In this document: in pieces, positions 59,248 to 64,000 of the stretch
How positions within the stretch are numbered: position 1 is the stretch's first letter
Layout of the letters: the number at the start of each line of letters is the position of its first letter
Assembly: GCA_017482565.1 (NCBI GenBank)
Contig: JAFUMO010000065.1
Span: forward strand, 1,164-65,163
Reading direction: 5' to 3'
Length of the DNA: 64,000 bases
DNA from: Bacteroidales bacterium
GTDB taxonomy: Bacteria > Bacteroidota > Bacteroidia > Bacteroidales > UBA932
The notes under the pieces: generated by a model
The model's input: the letters and a program-made list of their open reading frames with translations, nothing else
The model's database searches: none
What the model was told of the DNA's origin: nothing
Translations under genes and position numbers: made by a program

Positions 59248-60177
59248 ATGAAACACGAAATAAGCCCAAATATCGACCTTAAAGAATTTTTACAGAGGAT
59301 AGAGGGATATAATTTCAACAACAAACTTGGAATGGCCTACATCTCCCCATTCTCAAAGAGCAACATAAACGAACTTCCACCCCCCAAGCATACTTCCACT
59401 AATGAAAACGAGAATACAATAGGATACCTCGTAATAATATCGGGAAAGCTGGAGCTCTCCATTGATTATGTAAACTACACATTCAACAGCAGCAGCTGGG
59501 TAGAGCTGCGCCCTACAGCAGAGGTGAAGCTTATCGGATACAGCAATGATTTCATGGCATACATAGTGACAGCTGCCGAGTCATTCGTTCTTGACACATT
59601 GCTGGACAAGAAGCCCATTCCAATCTCCCATTTTGTGGACATGAAGGAATCCCCGCATCTGGAACTCACAAGTGATGAGCTTACAGCCCTGAAGATGAGC
59701 CTGGACCGCATCCTGTATTACCTCCGCAGGGAGCACAGCTTCAAGAAGGACATGCTGCACAACACGTTCTACAACTTCATATTGGAGGCCAGCCATATCT
59801 TCCACAATAGGGATGGTGTACGCAAGCAGCTGAACAACCTTTCAAGGAAGGAGACCATCATAAGGGACTTCTTGGTACTTGTGGAGCAGAATGCCCAGAA
59901 TGAACACAACCCGTCATTCTACTCGGACAAACTGTGCATAAGCACCCAGTACCTCTCAATAGTATTGAAAGAGGTAACCGGACATACCGCCAACTACTGG
60001 ATAGCCAAGAAGATCACCTCTGAGGCAAAGATCCTCCTAAGGACCCCAAGGCTTACCATAAAGGAGATTACGGACAAGCTACACTTTGCAGACCAGTCCT
60101 CGTTCGGCAAGTTCTTCAAGAAGCACACCGGAATATCCCCCAAAAAATATCGGGAAGATTTCTCATCTCCCCGATAA
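59248..60177 (+). CDS. AraC family transcriptional regulator, divergent from the efflux operon
   Basis: 309-aa ORF. The C-terminus reads PSFYSDKLCISTQYLSIVLKEVTGHTANYWIAKKITSEAKILL....TIKEITDKLHFADQSSFGKFFKKHTGISPKKYR. Confidence 0.85.
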   Translation: MKHEISPNIDLKEFLQRIEGYNFNNKLGMAYISPFSKSNINELPPPKHTSTNENENTIGYLVIISGKLELSIDYVNYTFNSSSWVELRPTAEVKLIGYSNDFMAYIVTAAESFVLDTLLDKKPIPISHFVDMKESPHLELTSDELTALKMSLDRILYYLRREHSFKKDMLHNTFYNFILEASHIFHNRDGVRKQLNNLSRKETIIRDFLVLVEQNAQNEHNPSFYSDKLCISTQYLSIVLKEVTGHTANYWIAKKITSEAKILLRTPRLTIKEITDKLHFADQSSFGKFFKKHTGISPKKYREDFSSPR

Positions 60178-60182
60178 AATAT

Positions 60183-60290
60183 AAGATGTGTTTTTTTAAT
60201 GGGGGAGACGACGCAGTCTCCTCTGCTTCGTCATCGCAAGCGATAACTCGCACCCGTCGAATGAGGTCCCCCCATTAAAAAACACATCTT
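60183..60290. repeat. about 108-nt imperfect palindrome (23-nt arms, ~62-nt structured loop) between convergent araC and murF
   Basis: Left arm AAGATGTGTTTTTTTAATGGGGG (60183-60205). Right arm CCCCCCATTAAAAAACACATCTT (60268-60290). The arms are complementary apart from one bulged T. An inner hairpin GGAGAC-GACGCA-GTCTCC lies at 60204-60221. Confidence 0.7.
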
Positions 60291-60303
60291 TATAATTACA
60301 TCT

Positions 60304-61662
60304 TTATAATACTTCTATCACTCTCTCCAGGCGTTTTCCTCTTGAGCCTTTAATTAATACGGAGCAACCTGAGAGGGGATTTCCCCTGAAATGTTCCTGT
60401 AGAAGCAGGGAGTCCTTGAAGAATTCCATTCCCGACAAATCATCAAGGGCTTTCCCCGCTGCAGCAAACTCATCGCCCACCAGATAGATTTTCCCGAATC
60501 CTTTGGAAACTGCAAGACGGAGAATCTCAACATGCTCCGCAACTGAATCTGGGCCGAGTTCCAGCATATCTCCCAGAAGAAGCACCTTTGACGGCATCTT
60601 AAGGGAGGCAAAGTTCTCTATTGAGGCCTTCATGCTGGCAGGGTTTGCATTGTAGGCATCAACCACAAGCCTGTTGCGGCCGGTATCGGCAAGCTGCGAC
60701 CTGTTATTGGAAGGGACATATGCCCCAATTGCAGCTACCGCATCGGCAGCAGGGACATCCATGTATGAAGAGACGCACATTGCCGCAAGCACGTTATCTG
60801 AGTTGTATGCACCTATCAGGTTTGTATTTATTGTAATCCACTCCGGCTCACGGTTCTCCTCCACCGCTGAATAGCTGGGATTTGGTATTGTCATTGAAAG
60901 GAACGGAGAGCCCCCTGTATCTACCACAATCCCGGCCCCGTCATTGGATACTCCGTATGGCACAAGCTGCATCCTCTCCCTCTTGGATGCCATCTCCACG
61001 AGGAGGGGATTATCCATATTCACAAAGGCAATCTTCCTGTGCTCATTCAGGTAATCATACAGCTCACCTTTTGTGGCCATAACCCCCTCAAGGGAACCGA
61101 ATCCCTGCAGATGGGCCTTGCCCACATTTGTCACGAGCCCGAAGCTGGGACATACAAGATTTACCAGCAGCCCTATCTCCCCGGGATTGCTCGCACCCAT
61201 CTCAATGACAGCCGCCTGGGTATCTGCATTTATCCTCAGCAATGTAAGGGGCACGCCTATATGGTTGTTCAGGTTTCCCTCGGTTGCAACCACATTATAT
61301 TTTGTCCTCAGACATGCCGCCACCAGCTCCTTGGTGGTGGTTTTTCCGTTGGTGCCTGTAAGGGCAATTACAGGTATCCTGTGCTGCTTCCTGTGGTATC
61401 TTGCCACCTGCTGCAGGGTGTGGAGGACATCCTCCACAAGTATTATACTATCGGGAAGCAATTCCTCAACCCCCGGCTCATCCACCACTGCATAGGCTGC
61501 CCCCTTCTCCAGGGCTGCCGCTGCAAAATCGTTTCCGTTGAAGGTCTCCCCCCTCAAGGCAAAGAACATGCACCCGGGAAGGATGTTCCTGGTATCTGTG
61601 CATACCCCCTGTGAGTTTTCAATATACAGCCTGTATATCTCCTCTATTTCCAGATTCTTCAT
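60304..61662 (-). CDS. murF: UDP-N-acetylmuramoyl-tripeptide--D-alanyl-D-alanine ligase
   Basis: 452-aa ORF with ATP site TGTNGKTTTKE. Mur ligase middle and C-terminal domains are present (DAYNANPASM). Confidence 0.9.
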   Translation of the reverse strand: MKNLEIEEIYRLYIENSQGVCTDTRNILPGCMFFALRGETFNGNDFAAAALEKGAAYAVVDEPGVEELLPDSIILVEDVLHTLQQVARYHRKQHRIPVIALTGTNGKTTTKELVAACLRTKYNVVATEGNLNNHIGVPLTLLRINADTQAAVIEMGASNPGEIGLLVNLVCPSFGLVTNVGKAHLQGFGSLEGVMATKGELYDYLNEHRKIAFVNMDNPLLVEMASKRERMQLVPYGVSNDGAGIVVDTGGSPFLSMTIPNPSYSAVEENREPEWITINTNLIGAYNSDNVLAAMCVSSYMDVPAADAVAAIGAYVPSNNRSQLADTGRNRLVVDAYNANPASMKASIENFASLKMPSKVLLLGDMLELGPDSVAEHVEILRLAVSKGFGKIYLVGDEFAAAGKALDDLSGMEFFKDSLLLQEHFRGNPLSGCSVLIKGSRGKRLERVIEVL

Positions 61663-61664
61663 GG

Positions 61665-62099
61665 CTATTTTACACCTGTTGAGCCGAAACCGCCGGCCCC
61701 GCGTTCAGTTTCTCCCAACACCTCAACCTCTTCCCACTCTATCTTCTCATATTTTGCAATCACCATCTGAGCAATCCTCTCACCCGGGTTTATCACAAAC
61801 TTCTCCTTTGAGACATTCACAAGGATAACCTTTATCTCACCCCTGTAATCGGCATCAATCGTACCCGGAGAATTGCATACCGTAACCCCGTGCTTTGCGG
61901 CGAGCCCGCTCCTCGGCCTTACCTGAGCCTCATATCCTGCAGGCAGTTCAATATAAATGCCTGTAGGGACCATCGCCCTGCAAAGTTCCCCAAGCTCTAT
62001 AGGCTCCTCAATTGCAGCCTTCAGGTCCATGCCAGCAGAGAGTTCCGTTGCATAGAAAGGTGCCGGGAACCCGCTCTTGTTTACAATCTTCACTTTCAT
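61665..62099 (-). CDS. dut: dUTP diphosphatase
   Basis: 144 aa from [44 protein letters not shown] and GERIAQ motifs are present. The longer track ORF start would overlap the upstream gene. Confidence 0.92.
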   Translation of the reverse strand: MKVKIVNKSGFPAPFYATELSAGMDLKAAIEEPIELGELCRAMVPTGIYIELPAGYEAQVRPRSGLAAKHGVTVCNSPGTIDADYRGEIKVILVNVSKEKFVINPGERIAQMVIAKYEKIEWEEVEVLGETERGAGGFGSTGVK

Positions 62100-62115
62100 A
62101 ATGTATATGTATTTA

Positions 62116-63600
62116 TCATTTTTTTCTGTATGATGCCAGCCTCGCCAGCCCACCGCCCAACTTTAGGGCATAAACCATATAGGCAAGCAGCAGCACAGTG
62201 TTCACTGCCAGCTTAACTATGATCCTGTCCTGCAGCCCCAACATATCCTGCAACAGCAGCGAAACCCCGAACAGGAGCAGCCCCGCCCCTATATATCTGC
62301 AGATTATACCCCATCTGTACGGTATATAATAGTGCCTGTTCCCCAGCCATACGCTGTACAGGAGCATCACAAGGCAGCTCAGAACATGTGCTGCAACCGA
62401 CGCCCAGTATGAGAAGAGCGGCATGAAGGCCACATTCACCGCAACCGTAACAGCAAGCCCCGCAAGGGTTATGCTTATTGCGTATTTTGTTTCACCGCTC
62501 AGCTTGTACCACATTGACACATTGAAGAGCATTCCCAGAATCATGTATGAAATGAGCATGAACGGAACCGTACCCAACGCACCGCGGAAATCGGAACCCA
62601 GGATAAGCCCTATTATATCAATATATAGTGTAACCCCCAGAAAGATGAGGATGCAGAATGCAGTGAAATACTCCATTACCTGGGCCAGCAGCTCCTTGTC
62701 TTTCCCCCTTGCAAAGAAGAACGGTTCCGCTGCATAGCGGAACATCTGTATAAAGAGGTTCATTATCACGGCCAGCTTCACTGCTGCCTGGTACTCCCCC
62801 AGATCGGCACGCCATACCACCCCTTCCGGAGCAAAGAACCTGAAGAGGATCCTGTCGAAGCTCTCATTCACTATCCCCGGCAGCCCTGCTATCATAAGTG
62901 GTATAGAATAGGCCATCATCTGGCGGAACAGCCCCCTGTTGAAGGTGACCTTCATCCTGAGAAGATCTGGGATGAACAGGATTGTACATACCACGCAGCT
63001 GAGGAAGACCGCAAAGATTATATATGAAAAATCTGCCGTTGCCGGGATAAATTCCAGAAGGAAGCTGCCGGGATGGGAAGCCAGGTATCCAGGTACCACA
63101 AAAAAGAGGAGAAGATTGAATCCCAGCTCGCTGAGTATCTTTATTGTCTTGAATGCGGCAAACTTGAGGGCCTTCTGGAGGAACCTCAGCCTTGCAAAGA
63201 GGATTGCCGTAATGGAATCAAGGGCCAGGATCCCCCCCGTATAGACAATCATCTTGCCGTACCCTGCATAACCCATTGCAGAAGCCAGGGAATCAGAGAA
63301 GCAGCACATTGCGGCAAAGAAGATGAGACTTACTCCCAGGATAGTGGTGAACGCCGTACCGAAAGGTTTGCGCGGGTCATCCACCTTGTTGGCAAAACGA
63401 AAGCAGCCGGTCTCAAGCCCCAGCACCAGAACTACCTGAAGAACCGCTATATATGACATTATTTCCGAGTACGAGCCATACTCACCCACAGTAAGGATAC
63501 GGGTGTAGATAGGGACAAAGAAGAAATTTATCATCCTTGCCAGAATTGTGCTCAATCCATATATTGCAGTCTCTCCTGCCAGTTTTTTAAGTACTCCCAT
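62116..63600 (-). CDS. oligosaccharide flippase (Wzx/MOP-type polysaccharide biosynthesis) family protein
   Basis: 494-aa ORF with about 12-14 TM helices. The N-terminus [36 protein letters not shown] is typical of this family. Confidence 0.75.
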   Translation of the reverse strand: MGVLKKLAGETAIYGLSTILARMINFFFVPIYTRILTVGEYGSYSEIMSYIAVLQVVLVLGLETGCFRFANKVDDPRKPFGTAFTTILGVSLIFFAAMCCFSDSLASAMGYAGYGKMIVYTGGILALDSITAILFARLRFLQKALKFAAFKTIKILSELGFNLLLFFVVPGYLASHPGSFLLEFIPATADFSYIIFAVFLSCVVCTILFIPDLLRMKVTFNRGLFRQMMAYSIPLMIAGLPGIVNESFDRILFRFFAPEGVVWRADLGEYQAAVKLAVIMNLFIQMFRYAAEPFFFARGKDKELLAQVMEYFTAFCILIFLGVTLYIDIIGLILGSDFRGALGTVPFMLISYMILGMLFNVSMWYKLSGETKYAISITLAGLAVTVAVNVAFMPLFSYWASVAAHVLSCLVMLLYSVWLGNRHYYIPYRWGIICRYIGAGLLLFGVSLLLQDMLGLQDRIIVKLAVNTVLLLAYMVYALKLGGGLARLASYRKK

Positions 63601-63604
63601 CGGA

Positions 63605-64000
63605 TCAGTCTTCCATCATTTTCTTTTTGAAGAGGAGAAATCCCAAATTCAGCTGAGGATACCATCTGTGCCTCTCCCCGCTCTGGTAATAGGAGGCCGA
63701 GAATGACACCGGACCTGCCGGAGACTGCCATACAAGAGCCACATTTCCCAGAAAAGCCCCTTTGGGGAATTTCCCGCTGCGGATATATCTCCCCTCCCCG
63801 TCCGGCACAAATTTCCGGTATGGCTGGAAATAGGAGATATTACCATGCAAAAATAATGTTTTTGTTGCACAAATCACTGGAGAAATTCCAATCCCTGCAT
63901 AAGCTTCCGCCCTGTACCCCTGCAAAAGCAGCGTACGGCTGTGCGGGAACGGGGAAAATGCAGGCAGTTCCAGCAATGAAGGGACATACTCCCTCATCCT
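63605..64000 (-). CDS. C-terminal part of a larger protein with a beta-barrel-like end (possibly patatin-like/Omp85-like); 5' end outside the window
   Basis: The frame is open to the window edge. The C-terminus ...VSFSASYYQSGERHRWYPQLNLGFLLF-like has alternating aromatic and hydrophobic residues. The product call is weak. Confidence 0.35.
   Translation of the reverse strand, partial: RMREYVPSLLELPAFSPFPHSRTLLLQGYRAEAYAGIGISPVICATKTLFLHGNISYFQPYRKFVPDGEGRYIRSGKFPKGAFLGNVALVWQSPAGPVSFSASYYQSGERHRWYPQLNLGFLLFKKKMMED

Noticed and set aside
1-64000. Searched by eye for CRISPR arrays, IS/transposase or integrase genes, rRNA, tmRNA/RNase P/SRP RNA, DGR-like template/variable repeat pairs, and known defence operons.
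   Set aside because: I found none. There are no regularly spaced direct repeats, no DDE/tyrosine-recombinase or reverse-transcriptase-like ORFs, and no characteristic ncRNA motifs. Divergent or very small elements could be missed without computational search.

Overview
This looks like a chromosomal segment of a Bacteroidales-type genome. The inference rests on TAnnTTTG promoter motifs 20-90 nt upstream of many starts, no Shine-Dalgarno signals, many lipoprotein signal peptides, and BACON, FISUMP and DUF4988-like modules. I support about 57 protein-coding or pseudogene loci and one tRNA-Asn(GTT).

The core is housekeeping and envelope functions:
- Housekeeping genes: leuS, ettA, gcvT, rpsF-rpsR-rplI, murF, dut, pepD, cutC and apbE.
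- A TolC-MFP-RND efflux operon with a divergent AraC regulator.
- A LemA-TPM-TPM operon.
- A porin/imelysin/di-haem cytochrome cluster next to a CcsBA-type cytochrome c synthase.
- Many peptidases (M48, M81, M28, M16, M64, M20) plus a POT peptide transporter.

I found no CRISPR array, transposase, integrase, rRNA or recognisable multi-gene defence system. The only addiction or defence-like loci are two type II toxin-antitoxin pairs.

The accessory signal sits in low-GC patches, based on hand counts of sample lines (about 32% against 50-63% GC):
- 6.5-10.07 kb ends exactly at the tRNA-Asn. It carries a collagen-like/LRR lipoprotein flanked by two decayed ORFs.
- 13.3-14.0 kb holds a TA pair whose toxin has an in-frame TAA at codon 10.
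- 41.2-44.95 kb begins inside a 1239-aa lipoprotein gene (BACON x4, plant-type LRR, thioredoxin-like, M64 protease) and ends after a HigBA pair.

Other points worth a second look:
- A stop-less AraC-like ORF is in frame with ettA, and the fusion hinges on an A8 tract.
- A roughly 108-nt structured palindrome lies between araC and murF.
- An M28 peptidase is fused to a TonB C-terminal domain.

All family calls come from motifs I recognise by eye. No database search was run. I did not find a clear-cut new multi-gene system. The chimeric lipoprotein plus low-GC cassette is the best candidate for something undescribed.
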